This document shows, piece after piece, positions 18,582 through 29,523 of a stretch of DNA of 64,000 nucleotides. The stretch's first letter is position 1, and every line of letters begins with the position of its first letter. The position numbers and the translations under genes are program-made. The notes under the pieces were generated by a model, which was not told the DNA's origin, ran no database searches, and saw only the letters and a list, made by a program, of their open reading frames with translations. The stretch is from a virus: positions 110,626-174,625 of IMG/VR virus record IMGVR_UViG_3300032086_003797; one strand, given 5' to 3'.

Positions 18582-20966
18582 ATGTCCGTAGAGAACAAAA
18601 GTCAAAAAGCTACCGTGCTTGAATTATTTCAAAAGATGCACGAAGAGAAAAGTTATAACACCAATGCTTATAGTCTTACAAACCCAAAAGACTCTGGTGA
18701 AACTTTCAAGGAAATACAGCAAGAAAGAAATTCAACAGATAGCTTTGCAGGGCGCACTTGGTTCCCAGCTATGGTGGTTCATAATTTAGAAAGTAAAGTC
18801 AGAACACCCTCAATAGGTGATAGAGAATTGATCGGTGGTCATAAACTTGTATACACCGCAACAGGTGATAAATCTATATCCGTCAGATGCTTAGTACCAG
18901 GGATGGTCCTACGCCACCCTACATCAATTGATGATTCAATTATCAAACAATATCCCAGATTTACATGCGATCTAAACACAATCAATTCGATCCCACCAGT
19001 TGGTTCAATTTTGATGGTAATGTGGAATGATAAAAACATAAGAAACGGTGGTATCATACTCGGATATGCTCTAGGCGGGCAAAAACAACAAGATGATTTT
19101 AGTATATTTACGGCGGCAGAATCTTGCGGCGAAGTAGTGCCAAACAAGATGAAAACAACTCATGCAGCAGGAGAGTCGCTACCAGCAAATAATATAGCGC
19201 AACAAGCTGAAATAAAAGTAGAGAACACTACCCCTGACCCAAAAGAGGTAGAGTCCTTAGCTAGCGCCGCCGCCCCAAATAGCCGATGGACAACAACTGA
19301 TCAGCCACCACCAGGCTCTTCTGCTCCAGTAAAAGCTGAAACAAAAAAGAATCCTCAAACTCCAGCAGAGGTGCCAAAAACAATAGAGCCCGCACCTAAG
19401 CAGCCAAGTTATGAGATAATATGTAATAAATCATACCAGCTTAGCGAGACTACTGAAGAAGGAAATGGCGTATCCCCTAATCACGAGCAGTCAAGAAGGG
19501 GAGACACATCAAATAAATTTTGTAGAGTAGAAGAGTTAGCAAAGAGGGTAGGGATACCACCAAGATTATTATTAGCATTTATGGAAGTAGAAAGTAAAGG
19601 TAATGCCCGTGCTGTAAGGTTTGAACCACATATATTTGTAGGCGGAATAAGATCACGAAATATCGATAAAGCAAGACCAGATCTAATAAATAAAGTACCC
19701 TGGACTCCTCGTAATCCAAAACCACCAGCAAGTAAAGATAGAGCATGGTATATTTCCAGAGTGAATAAGGAAACTAATAGAGCCGCTTTCAACAAGGCAT
19801 ATGCTTTAGACCCAGTAGCTGCTATTCAATCAACTTCATTCGGTCAATTTCAGGTCATGGGTCGAAATTTGCTTAAGGAGTTTAAGAATAACCCTGTATC
19901 AGCCATGCAAGCTTATGATAGCGATCCTGAGGCTGTCTCGGATAGACTTCTTATAACATGGATTGAGGGTAGTTATCATTGGCGTCGTGTCGCAAAAGCA
20001 GGAGCTAGAACAGGAAACTATGATTTTATCAAATTAGCAACTTATTATAACGGTCGTGGTCAAGCTGAAAAATACGGTAATTTACTGAAGGAAGCTTACG
20101 ATAGACTTGAGGGAACAGATATACTTTGTCGAGACAACATACCAGTTGGCAATCCTCGACCTGCCCCGCCACCCCCAGAAGAGGACGGACTTACGCTCGA
20201 TTCCTGGGTTAGGGGTAAATTTAAAGGCGCAATCCCAGCTATTGAAATAATTAAGGATGGTCCCGTTAGATCTGCTAAGGGAAAAAAAGGCTTAATAGCA
20301 AAAAGCTTAGAAGAGCCGATCAAAAATATGATAGCAGCATATAAAAAAGATGTTCCTAATGGACCAGCGTTACAAATAAATTCTACATATAGATCATATG
20401 ATGTACAGCTTAAAGCCAGAAGAGACCTTCTAAAGCCTAAATGGAGAGAAGAGTACAACCGCCGTGGCGGCGAAGGCAATGCTGCCGCTGAAAAATGGTT
20501 AGCCAGCCGATCACCGCAAAGAAAATATTTTAGAATACCTGTGGCTAGACCTGGTTACTCTAATCACAACTCTGGCATAGCGGTAGATTTCCAAACATCT
20601 GCTGGCGGCGGCATGGCTTTCAAGCGAAAAAAATCAACATATAAAGAAGACAGGTTTTATGATCATAGAGCAAAAACCAGAAGATATAAAGGAAAGCAGG
20701 CGCATAACTGGCAAGGCACTAAAAATGATGAGGTTCAGCCGTGGAAATGGATGGCAGAAAATGCACACAGGTATGGATTCATAAGAACTGTAACGTCAGA
20801 ACGATGGCACTTTGTTTATGTGGGATCAAGCGCACCATCAAAGAGATTCTCTAAGGTTAAGAAAAGCCATGGTAGCTGGGATGGTTTAGCAGGAGTGGTG
20901 CCTGATAAAGAACAGGCACGTCGAAGGCGAGCAGAACAAGCTCGACGAAGAAGTCAAGGGAGTTAA
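18582..20966 (+). CDS. Putative virion-associated lysin: N-acetylmuramidase (DUF3380-like) plus M15/VanY-like Zn peptidase
   Basis: EVESKG..RFEPHIF..STSFGQFQVMG..YNG (muramidase); STYRSYDVQ..ARPGYSNHNSGIAVDF..WMAENAHRYGF..ERWHF (M15B). Confidence 0.8.
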   Translation: MSVENKSQKATVLELFQKMHEEKSYNTNAYSLTNPKDSGETFKEIQQERNSTDSFAGRTWFPAMVVHNLESKVRTPSIGDRELIGGHKLVYTATGDKSISVRCLVPGMVLRHPTSIDDSIIKQYPRFTCDLNTINSIPPVGSILMVMWNDKNIRNGGIILGYALGGQKQQDDFSIFTAAESCGEVVPNKMKTTHAAGESLPANNIAQQAEIKVENTTPDPKEVESLASAAAPNSRWTTTDQPPPGSSAPVKAETKKNPQTPAEVPKTIEPAPKQPSYEIICNKSYQLSETTEEGNGVSPNHEQSRRGDTSNKFCRVEELAKRVGIPPRLLLAFMEVESKGNARAVRFEPHIFVGGIRSRNIDKARPDLINKVPWTPRNPKPPASKDRAWYISRVNKETNRAAFNKAYALDPVAAIQSTSFGQFQVMGRNLLKEFKNNPVSAMQAYDSDPEAVSDRLLITWIEGSYHWRRVAKAGARTGNYDFIKLATYYNGRGQAEKYGNLLKEAYDRLEGTDILCRDNIPVGNPRPAPPPPEEDGLTLDSWVRGKFKGAIPAIEIIKDGPVRSAKGKKGLIAKSLEEPIKNMIAAYKKDVPNGPALQINSTYRSYDVQLKARRDLLKPKWREEYNRRGGEGNAAAEKWLASRSPQRKYFRIPVARPGYSNHNSGIAVDFQTSAGGGMAFKRKKSTYKEDRFYDHRAKTRRYKGKQAHNWQGTKNDEVQPWKWMAENAHRYGFIRTVTSERWHFVYVGSSAPSKRFSKVKKSHGSWDGLAGVVPDKEQARRRRAEQARRRSQGS

Positions 20967-20968
20967 TA

Positions 20969-21889
20969 ATGGCAGGCGGTACAAGAATAAAAGCTGTAGA
21001 CCAAACAGGTGTTTCAGGCGATAGAAATAAAGTAAAACAGGGACCAGGCAATAAATCTCTCGGCGGGTCAAATTCTAGATTAGTAGAACCACATGGAAAC
21101 TACAATCAGGTAGATTCTGAAACAATATACCAAGGAGAGAACAACAACTTTATAATTCTTGGACGTGATCGCCCGAGTGACCCAAACAGTGGTTATGGTG
21201 GTAAGGGACACTCACACACTTCAACCATTAGAATAGTGGCAGGTTTGCATGGAAGGAATGTAAAAGAAGAAAAAATCATTTCTGAAAACCCACGCAAGAC
21301 AGAACCCCAATTTTTGAACCCCGATCCTGTTCTAGACGCTGCTACCATATATTTGTCTCAAAAAACAGATATAGATAGGAATTTTCATATAAACACAGGT
21401 GGTCGATATGGTGCCCCTAAAGGTCGATCCGCAGCCCTCATGAAAGCAGATTGTATTAGGCTTGTTGGTCGTGAGGGTGTTAAGATAATTACTGGGACCG
21501 ATAAAAAGAATTCACTGGGCAAACCAATCACAAAACCAATTGGTATTGAGCTAATAGCAGGTAACGATACATCGGATATGCAACCAATAGCAAAAGGTAA
21601 AAGCGTGGTCAAAGCCTTTGAAGATATGACTGAATTAGTGAAACAGCTTAGTATGATTGTAGAGAAGCAGGGTATTGCGATTAATGCACTGGCTGCTGGC
21701 GGAATCCCAACTCCTTTTGGTATAGCAGCATACCCTCTCCTGCCAGTTGGTGCAGCAACTGCGCTTACGTTTAATACTATTGCTATGTCATTTATTGCAA
21801 CCTTTCAAGGAAACCTGGCTAACTTCAAAGAGTTGAAACTAAAATACGATAAAAACAAAATCTATAGTAGATATAATATGACAAACTAG
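20969..21889 (+). CDS. Hypothetical virion protein (possible baseplate spike/hub component)
   Basis: Position between lysin and baseplate genes; beta-rich Gly-rich N-term, hydrophobic C-term. Confidence 0.4.
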   Translation: MAGGTRIKAVDQTGVSGDRNKVKQGPGNKSLGGSNSRLVEPHGNYNQVDSETIYQGENNNFIILGRDRPSDPNSGYGGKGHSHTSTIRIVAGLHGRNVKEEKIISENPRKTEPQFLNPDPVLDAATIYLSQKTDIDRNFHINTGGRYGAPKGRSAALMKADCIRLVGREGVKIITGTDKKNSLGKPITKPIGIELIAGNDTSDMQPIAKGKSVVKAFEDMTELVKQLSMIVEKQGIAINALAAGGIPTPFGIAAYPLLPVGAATALTFNTIAMSFIATFQGNLANFKELKLKYDKNKIYSRYNMTN

Positions 21890-21898
21890 GAAATATAG

Positions 21899-24800
21899 AT
21901 GGCACACAGTTTTGAGGACCTATACAATTTATACAGAAATCAGCCAGATGGACCTGATGCTGAGATTGCCTATTTTAGGCAAAATGGTATAAGACAAATA
22001 AATGTAAATGTTCGTGATGACCAAGCAACGGTGGTCATGATTGATGCTAACGGGCAAACTCACAGAGCTACAGGCAGAGTGCCTCAAGAAGAGGTGCCAC
22101 CTCAAGCAGCACAAGAAGATCTTGGGTATGAGGGGAAGATTACATCAGACCCTTTATCTGTTGAGGAAAGATCGATCATAGACCCCAATCCAGATATAGC
22201 CATATTTACAAATCAAGATGCATTTCATGGAAGTTACCCAGAAGATCGCCTACAGGAGTTAGGGATAACAAATCAAGGCACATGGTTCAATACATATAGG
22301 GAAGGATTGAGATATCGTTATAACCCCCCAAGCGAAGATATAAATAATCCAACCTCGCCTGAAGACGCCGCTCGGATAACGGAGACATCAAAGTTAAAGT
22401 TTAAGTATAAACTTATAAAACAGCAAGCTACTAAATTAGCACCAATGTCTTTCCCATTCACAGTGGAAACAAGAGGGGCTAACAGGGTGCCGTTTAATCG
22501 TGCTTTCCCACCAGTTAAGGTTGAATTTACTCTATTGGATGCAATTTATTTTGCCACTCTACATCCTCATATAATAGCAGGGTTCACAGTAGAAAGTAGA
22601 GGTTTCCTGTTTAGAGAAACAAAATATAAATTTCTATATCTGGAAAAAACCTCTACAGAGGATGAACCAGGCACTAGACTAGCAAGAGAAATAATGGTTG
22701 GTAGGGGCATGTACACGCAAACTGCAACTGCATCTACAAGAAAACCAGTTATGCCTTTAACTGCCCAGACTATCCCTACTAAGGCAGAACAAAAGGAATT
22801 GGACAGCACAACTGCATCCCTATCAGCACAAGAAAATCAAGAAAAACAAAAACAAGCAGAGCGTAGGTCTGCGGGAACAAGCAGAAACGCATCACTCCAA
22901 ATGGATGGGACTAAGCCTCTTGGTAGGCAGGTATTATATGCAAAAATATTGGAAGACGGAGCAGTTTGGGTATCACAGTTACCTAATGCGAAGCCTAGCG
23001 CAGATCCAAGTGTAGGGGAAACATCCTTAGCTAGCAGCATAACTAATAGTCATTTGAATAGGATAGTGCAAGCCGCAGGTGACGACGGATTACTGGATGA
23101 TGAGAACGATGGAAAATGGTCAAATATAAATGAGTACACAGGTGATTTTTATGATACTACCACCGACCCTGGTAGAGAGAAATTTGCTTACGAAATAAAA
23201 AAGGTCGGCAATACTGTTTATATACAGAAGCTAGAAAAAGTTCAAAATGTAACACCTACTGAACAGAAACAAGAAGCGGACGCCAGTGCTATAACTTCCA
23301 ACAACAGAACAGAAGATGCATATAACTATGATGACTGGACAACCAATATTAACTCTGATAGAGGCGTCCCCAATTCTTATTACAACCCCAGGTACCCTGA
23401 GTCAGTTGCTGTAGCCAAGGATGAAGGTTCTTATTTTGTGGTGATGAAAGCCCCCGCAGATGTTGAGGATAGTTTAGATTATCGAGCCGAAGAAGCTGAG
23501 CTAAAGGAATTGATGTATCGTGCTTTGTGCAACCACCTAAACAAGCCGATAACTGATATGCCTAGCACTCTGAGCCATGAGATGAAGACTCACTTTGACC
23601 CAAGGCCAAATTCAGCGCCACTTATAGCCTTGATAATAAAGAAGACAGAATTTGATAAGTCAGCAGCATCTGGCAATATTAAAACTGATCTAGATGAACT
23701 AACCCTCCAGAGGGCTATATTGACCAGTCAAAAAAGGTCAGAAAAAAATATATCTTTTACTTTAGAAAAGATGGACCCTTTATTCGAGACAGCTTCGCAC
23801 ATTGTTAGAAAATATGCACGCATTGTTGCTGGACAGGGATTGGGCTCGGCTGATATAGGAGTCAATTTATATAAGCAATATATGGCTCTATCTAAGTTTA
23901 CTAGTAAGGTAAGATCAGCTTTAGCCCACAATGGTGTATATCCAGATGCAAGTGACCAAATAGAAATAGGATTTACAAACGATTATCAAATGCTGCACAT
24001 TATACATAAATCTAGGATGTATTTCAGTGGCTTTAAGAGGGCAACAATAGATAATGAAATAGCTGTTACTTTGGAAATAGATTCTATACAAGACCAACCA
24101 GAGGGACAGTTTCCATCACAATTAGAGAGCGACAAAAACTATTTTAGGATCTACAAGCAGACTGAATTTGGGTATGTGTTTTTTGCAGAGGAGATAGTAA
24201 AAAACAACCCACCAAATGCTAGCGATCGAAAACTCACACCGTGGGTAGACTTTGTTCGACTTTATACATACCCTGCACCAACTATCAACCCAACTAAAGT
24301 TAACAATAAAAATAAACTTACCGATGACGGGGATGACCAGATACCATCTCAAAGCCTAACAGATACGGGATCAGAGATTGAATCTGATGATATTATAGGG
24401 AGTTCGCAGGTAGCATATGTAGATAAATCAGCGAGTAAGCCTGGCACACAGATAAGGACAGTAACACAGTCTCAAAAAGAATCTGAAGCCATCAATATTC
24501 GATCCTTCATTGAGAAGAAACAGAAAATAGAAAGAAAGGCAAAATCTTTAGAGCCGCTAGTAGAAGATGCAGTCATGAACTGTGGTAATTTACCACAATT
24601 ACTAGATCAGATCAAGGAGTTATCTGATTTGTTTGATTTGGTATTAGATCAAATTTCATTAGATGAACTGTTTGCAGCCCTACGAGATTCGCTCCTGCAA
24701 GATTTGCAAAAATTATTTGCTATGAAAGATTTAGCAGAAGGCTACACGCCAGGAGCTTTCGCAGGCGCTGGAGATCAAGGAGAAGGTCTTGATACCACTC

Positions 24801-27298
24801 TTTCTACAAGAGCATCAAAACTTGTTTGCGCTCCTTCTTCTGAGTTTGAGGACTTTTTACAAAACGACCTGGCTTGTGCCTTAGACCAAATCGGTGATTC
24901 ATTGAAGAACCAACTCCTTGGTCGAGACTTGAACAATTTACCACTTGATCAGCTAGTTGAGGATAGGATTCGCAATCTATTCGGGATAAGCATACCCTTC
25001 ATACCTATTGAGGGTATTTTATCATTTATACTAAAAATAGTATCCGAAATACTCAAAGAAGCCCTAAGACAAGTTTTGGTAGCTTTAGTGCAAGAGGCAC
25101 TTGAAAAATATTTAGACTGTGAAAATATTCCACTTCTCGATGATAACATCGCTAAACTGGGAGATATAAAAAATCCCGCACAACTATTGGAGTATGGTAA
25201 ATCTCGCCTGGGTGATCTAATCGGAGACATAGATCTTAACAAGCTTGTTGATGAGCTTGGGATAGAGTTACCCCTAGAACAGCTTCAAGAAGTATTTGAG
25301 AAAGTGTCAGATTGCCTAAACTCCATGGAAATGTTAGCTCTATTATCAGGCAACGCAGGTCCGTTGATAATGCAACTTGTGCGTGAGCAATTCGGTGGAC
25401 TTTTGCTAGATGATCAAATAGATTTATTATTTGACAAAATTGGTGACAATGTATCAGATGAAATAAAGAATGGTATAGTGCCAGAGGAATTTTATGTTGA
25501 CTACTGTAATAAGGCAGACTATGTTAGGGCAGCTAGCAAGGCTTTAGATCTGCTAAGAGACAAGGGTCTTACAGACGAGCAAATTAAAAATCAAGCTGAT
25601 GAGGAGATTAAGAGAGCAGCAGATAAAATAAAATCAATGTGTGATTTTGAAAACCTAGCCAACAATGCTTTGATAAATGCTCTTAATAACATAAAAGCAC
25701 CTGATGCTATTGTAGACCTTCAGAGCAAAGCATCCTCCAATATTGCAGCAATAGCGCAAGCAGGGATTAAAGCAGAGGCAAAACCTTTCATCCTCGGTCG
25801 CACACCTCCCAAATATGGCGGTTTCAATCTTGGTTCACTTGCTCCTCTGATTCCATTTCCCGATCCAACATATGGATCAGAACAATTAGTTCGTGTGTCA
25901 GACGATCGTAATTTAGCCTTGAAAGGTTCGGGCGGCAAAACCGCAGAGCGTGTAGAGGTTAGCTATAATTCAGAACACGATGAATATCGGATTGGTAATC
26001 TTAGAATAGTTGTTTCTACTCCAACATCTGATGCTGATCGGGGTCCAACAGAACAAGCTGTAGGAATAAATGATGAGATACAGGAAAAGCCAAATGACAT
26101 AGTAACAATTATAGTCCATGACATAAAGCCTGACAATCAAGGCGTTCGCCGTGAAACCTATGTTGACGAGTTTGGTCAGTTTATAGAAAGCAAAAAAGAA
26201 GAATTAGAGCAAGATAGAAATGTTTTAGTGTTTTTACAAACTCAGCCTGACAGGAATTATAGCCGCCCAACCCACAGCCGACTGCCAAGATTTATCAACC
26301 GCCCAAGGGAACTGGGTGAATTCTTAAATCTGTTTTTATCCGCACATCAAGAAAACATATATGGATTTGGCATAACAAGTGATCAAATAGAAGAGGCGTA
26401 TATAGTTGGCAGTGAAGAAGATGGGGAAGCAGCATATCTAAGAGCGCCCGAATCACATGAGGCGGGCAAGTACCCCTATCCTTTGATGGAGAATTTGGTA
26501 ATCGACCGTGGTAATGATATGGAAATATTCAATGCTTTTTTTAGAAAAGATGATATCAATCTCAAGAAAAACCCAAGACAAGATTATTTTGAGTCTGGGA
26601 TATTCAATGCAGGGAAGGCATACGAGAAGCTTTATGCCGATTTACAGGAAGAGCCTACATTGGTCAACGCAGGACCAAACTTTGAGAAAAAGGTAAAGAG
26701 AACAACTGCTACTGTTGGCATAGGCGCACGACTAATGCCATTCTTTTGTGCGATATGGCCTTTGTTCAACGCCCCAAGCGGACAAAGAATCAGGTTTGCA
26801 TCCAAGGGAGAGGGTCAATATGATGACCGCATCTTTAGGGAGATTATAGAAAATTACCTTACAAGGAAAATAACTTTTCAACTTGAGAATCTAGGTGTCT
26901 TAGACATGTATAATAAGGTATTAGCAGAGGACGATTTTGAGATCGCCGATGTTGTTTCAGTGTTTCTGGATGGTATATTTGTAGATAATCCCGATGAATC
27001 TAACAAAGTTTTATATGAAGCAATAAACTTCAACGACAGCATTCCAACAAGCGGACAGGGTTCCACCAGCCAACATTTTGTTTTAAATGTCTTGGGCACT
27101 CAGGACGGAGTTAGTAATTATAATGCAGTTCGGGATAATATTTCTCGGAGCGTATATCCTGTCGAACCTCTTCTGGCGGTATCAACTATTTACTTAGAGA
27201 CCTCTTGTAATGCAACTGGTTTATTGGGAACTTCATTTGTAAAGTCTTCAATAGATGCAGATCAATTACTTAGGAAGTTTTTTGATCCATTAATTTAG
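21899..27298 (+). CDS. Large hypothetical virion protein (1799 aa)
   Basis: Long uninterrupted ORF immediately upstream of gp25-like gene. Confidence 0.5.
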   Translation: MAHSFEDLYNLYRNQPDGPDAEIAYFRQNGIRQINVNVRDDQATVVMIDANGQTHRATGRVPQEEVPPQAAQEDLGYEGKITSDPLSVEERSIIDPNPDIAIFTNQDAFHGSYPEDRLQELGITNQGTWFNTYREGLRYRYNPPSEDINNPTSPEDAARITETSKLKFKYKLIKQQATKLAPMSFPFTVETRGANRVPFNRAFPPVKVEFTLLDAIYFATLHPHIIAGFTVESRGFLFRETKYKFLYLEKTSTEDEPGTRLAREIMVGRGMYTQTATASTRKPVMPLTAQTIPTKAEQKELDSTTASLSAQENQEKQKQAERRSAGTSRNASLQMDGTKPLGRQVLYAKILEDGAVWVSQLPNAKPSADPSVGETSLASSITNSHLNRIVQAAGDDGLLDDENDGKWSNINEYTGDFYDTTTDPGREKFAYEIKKVGNTVYIQKLEKVQNVTPTEQKQEADASAITSNNRTEDAYNYDDWTTNINSDRGVPNSYYNPRYPESVAVAKDEGSYFVVMKAPADVEDSLDYRAEEAELKELMYRALCNHLNKPITDMPSTLSHEMKTHFDPRPNSAPLIALIIKKTEFDKSAASGNIKTDLDELTLQRAILTSQKRSEKNISFTLEKMDPLFETASHIVRKYARIVAGQGLGSADIGVNLYKQYMALSKFTSKVRSALAHNGVYPDASDQIEIGFTNDYQMLHIIHKSRMYFSGFKRATIDNEIAVTLEIDSIQDQPEGQFPSQLESDKNYFRIYKQTEFGYVFFAEEIVKNNPPNASDRKLTPWVDFVRLYTYPAPTINPTKVNNKNKLTDDGDDQIPSQSLTDTGSEIESDDIIGSSQVAYVDKSASKPGTQIRTVTQSQKESEAINIRSFIEKKQKIERKAKSLEPLVEDAVMNCGNLPQLLDQIKELSDLFDLVLDQISLDELFAALRDSLLQDLQKLFAMKDLAEGYTPGAFAGAGDQGEGLDTTLSTRASKLVCAPSSEFEDFLQNDLACALDQIGDSLKNQLLGRDLNNLPLDQLVEDRIRNLFGISIPFIPIEGILSFILKIVSEILKEALRQVLVALVQEALEKYLDCENIPLLDDNIAKLGDIKNPAQLLEYGKSRLGDLIGDIDLNKLVDELGIELPLEQLQEVFEKVSDCLNSMEMLALLSGNAGPLIMQLVREQFGGLLLDDQIDLLFDKIGDNVSDEIKNGIVPEEFYVDYCNKADYVRAASKALDLLRDKGLTDEQIKNQADEEIKRAADKIKSMCDFENLANNALINALNNIKAPDAIVDLQSKASSNIAAIAQAGIKAEAKPFILGRTPPKYGGFNLGSLAPLIPFPDPTYGSEQLVRVSDDRNLALKGSGGKTAERVEVSYNSEHDEYRIGNLRIVVSTPTSDADRGPTEQAVGINDEIQEKPNDIVTIIVHDIKPDNQGVRRETYVDEFGQFIESKKEELEQDRNVLVFLQTQPDRNYSRPTHSRLPRFINRPRELGEFLNLFLSAHQENIYGFGITSDQIEEAYIVGSEEDGEAAYLRAPESHEAGKYPYPLMENLVIDRGNDMEIFNAFFRKDDINLKKNPRQDYFESGIFNAGKAYEKLYADLQEEPTLVNAGPNFEKKVKRTTATVGIGARLMPFFCAIWPLFNAPSGQRIRFASKGEGQYDDRIFREIIENYLTRKITFQLENLGVLDMYNKVLAEDDFEIADVVSVFLDGIFVDNPDESNKVLYEAINFNDSIPTSGQGSTSQHFVLNVLGTQDGVSNYNAVRDNISRSVYPVEPLLAVSTIYLETSCNATGLLGTSFVKSSIDADQLLRKFFDPLI

Positions 27299-27309
27299 GA
27301 GAGTAAGTC

Positions 27310-27708
27310 TTGTCAAGAGTAGGTATTTCACCAGCGTTGCCTTTAGCATATACGAAAGAGGATGGACCATATGGTCTTAATAAAACCATTAGGGATTCAA
27401 TTCAACAGAATTTTAAAAATATCCTCTTGACTAGTAAGGGTGAACGTGTAATGTTGCCCGATTTCGGCGTTGGTCTTAGATCTTTCTTGTTCAGTAATTT
27501 CACACCTTCATTGCTAGAGCGGATAAGAGCCGAAATAAATAAACAAGTTGCGTTGTATCTTCCATTTATAGAGCTTACAGAAATTGAGTTTATATCTTCA
27601 ACAGAAAGTGATCAGGTAGCACTGAACCAACTACAGATACAAATAAGATATGAAATTACGCCTATAAATGAGTCGGATACACTTACTATATTTGAATCAA
27701 TAAACTAA
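27310..27708 (+). CDS. Baseplate wedge protein, GPW/gp25 family
   Basis: IQQNFKNILLTSKGERVMLPDFGVGL..LF signature. Confidence 0.88.
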   Translation: MSRVGISPALPLAYTKEDGPYGLNKTIRDSIQQNFKNILLTSKGERVMLPDFGVGLRSFLFSNFTPSLLERIRAEINKQVALYLPFIELTEIEFISSTESDQVALNQLQIQIRYEITPINESDTLTIFESIN

Positions 27709-27735
27709 ATATATTTTAGTAGGAGTTTATTATTA

Positions 27736-29523
27736 ATGGCTAAAAGACCAGTAAACTATATTAGCCGTGATTTTGAGAGCATCAAGCAATCATTAATAGA
27801 TCATGCAAAACGTTATTATCCCGACACATTTAAGGACTTTAACGAAGCATCGTTCGGCTCCTTGATGTTAGATGCAGTATCCTATATTGGAGATAATTTA
27901 TCCTTCTATGTTGATTATCAGGCAAATGAAAGTTTTCTTGATAGCGCAATAGAGACAGATAATATTACTAGACTAGCCCGTCAGATGGGTTATAAACAGA
28001 CTGGTACTACAGCAACAGAGGGGATTATAACTGTATATGTTTTAGTCCCAGCTTCAACAACTTCTAGGGGACCAAATATAGATTACATCCCAATCATGAA
28101 AAAAGGCACTACCTTCAACTCTGAGACTTCTGGCATTTTTACACTACAGGAAGACATCGACTTTGCTGACCCAGCTAATGAAGTGGTAGTTGGTCGTGTC
28201 AATGAAGCCACAGGCGACCCCACATATTACGCAATAAAATCTAAAGGGAAGATTATATCAGGTGAATTAAATCAGGAAACATTTGCCGTAGGGACCTTTA
28301 CAAAATTCCTTCGCCTCAAAATGGATGGTCTGAATATTAGTGAAATAGTATCAATAAGAGACTCAGAGGGGAATGAATATTATCAAGTACCATACTTGTC
28401 GCAGAACGTGATATATGAGCAAATTGTTAACAATGCTTCAGATAAAAGCGTGGTACCATATAATCTAAGAATAAGACCAGTACCCAGAAGATTTATGACA
28501 GAGTTCATTGATGGCGAGGTGTTTTTACAGTTTGGATTTGGATCAGAAGGTAACCTGACTGGTGATTTGGTCGCAGATCCTGCTGATGTGGTGCTGGATG
28601 TACATGGTAGAAACTATGTAACAGATGATAGTTTTGACCCTAGTAATCTTATAAAAAATGACAAATTTGGTGTGGTGCCAACCGATACGATTTTGACAGT
28701 GATCTATCGATCCAACAGCACTACAACAGCAAATGCCAGCGTGAACACGGTGACCTCACCTTCGGCAGTAAACCTGGTGTACAAGTCTCTTAGTTCGCTC
28801 GACTCTACCGTCACTGATTTTATTGAGTCTTCAATTGAGAGCACAAATGAACAACCAATAATTGGTGACGTTACAGCACCAACCCAAGAAGAAATAAGAA
28901 TGAGAGCTTTCGATTCCTATGCATCTCAAAATAGGGCGGTAACGAAACAAGATTATATTGCACTTTGTTACAGAATGCCAGGAAATTTTGGCTCTATCAA
29001 AAGAGCAGCCATAGCGCAAGATAGAGATTCTTTTAAGAGGAATCTAAATCTTTATGTTATATCGGAAGACCAGGATGGTAATTTTATAAATCCACCAACC
29101 TCATTGCTTAATAATTTAAAATCGTGGTTGAATCAATATAAAATGATCAATGACACGATAGACATTTTACCAGGCAAAATAGTCAATTTGCAGATAGATT
29201 TTGAGGTTGTTACAGATTTAGAATCAAATAGATTTGATGTAATAAATGAGTGCATCAATCGATTGAAAATTGATATGGCTGTCAAGAAAAATATTGGAGA
29301 GCCCTTTTACATAACTGAATTATTCAAGACACTTAATAGCGTCCCAGGTGTAGTAGATACCATATCTGTAAACGTGGATACTAAGACAGATGCAGGTTAT
29401 AGTCAGTTTCCGTTTGACATAGAACTGAATACTAGTCCTGATGGAAGGATCTTATACGCCCCTTCTACTGTGGTGTTTGAAATCAAAGCTCCAGACCAAG
29501 ACATACAAGGGATCGCACGATAA
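27736..29523 (+). CDS. Baseplate wedge subunit, T4 gp6/baseplate J-like
   Basis: RDFESIK..L, F.DFN.AS.G, NESFLDSA, LARQMGY, QNRAVTKQDY. Confidence 0.85.
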   Translation: MAKRPVNYISRDFESIKQSLIDHAKRYYPDTFKDFNEASFGSLMLDAVSYIGDNLSFYVDYQANESFLDSAIETDNITRLARQMGYKQTGTTATEGIITVYVLVPASTTSRGPNIDYIPIMKKGTTFNSETSGIFTLQEDIDFADPANEVVVGRVNEATGDPTYYAIKSKGKIISGELNQETFAVGTFTKFLRLKMDGLNISEIVSIRDSEGNEYYQVPYLSQNVIYEQIVNNASDKSVVPYNLRIRPVPRRFMTEFIDGEVFLQFGFGSEGNLTGDLVADPADVVLDVHGRNYVTDDSFDPSNLIKNDKFGVVPTDTILTVIYRSNSTTTANASVNTVTSPSAVNLVYKSLSSLDSTVTDFIESSIESTNEQPIIGDVTAPTQEEIRMRAFDSYASQNRAVTKQDYIALCYRMPGNFGSIKRAAIAQDRDSFKRNLNLYVISEDQDGNFINPPTSLLNNLKSWLNQYKMINDTIDILPGKIVNLQIDFEVVTDLESNRFDVINECINRLKIDMAVKKNIGEPFYITELFKTLNSVPGVVDTISVNVDTKTDAGYSQFPFDIELNTSPDGRILYAPSTVVFEIKAPDQDIQGIAR

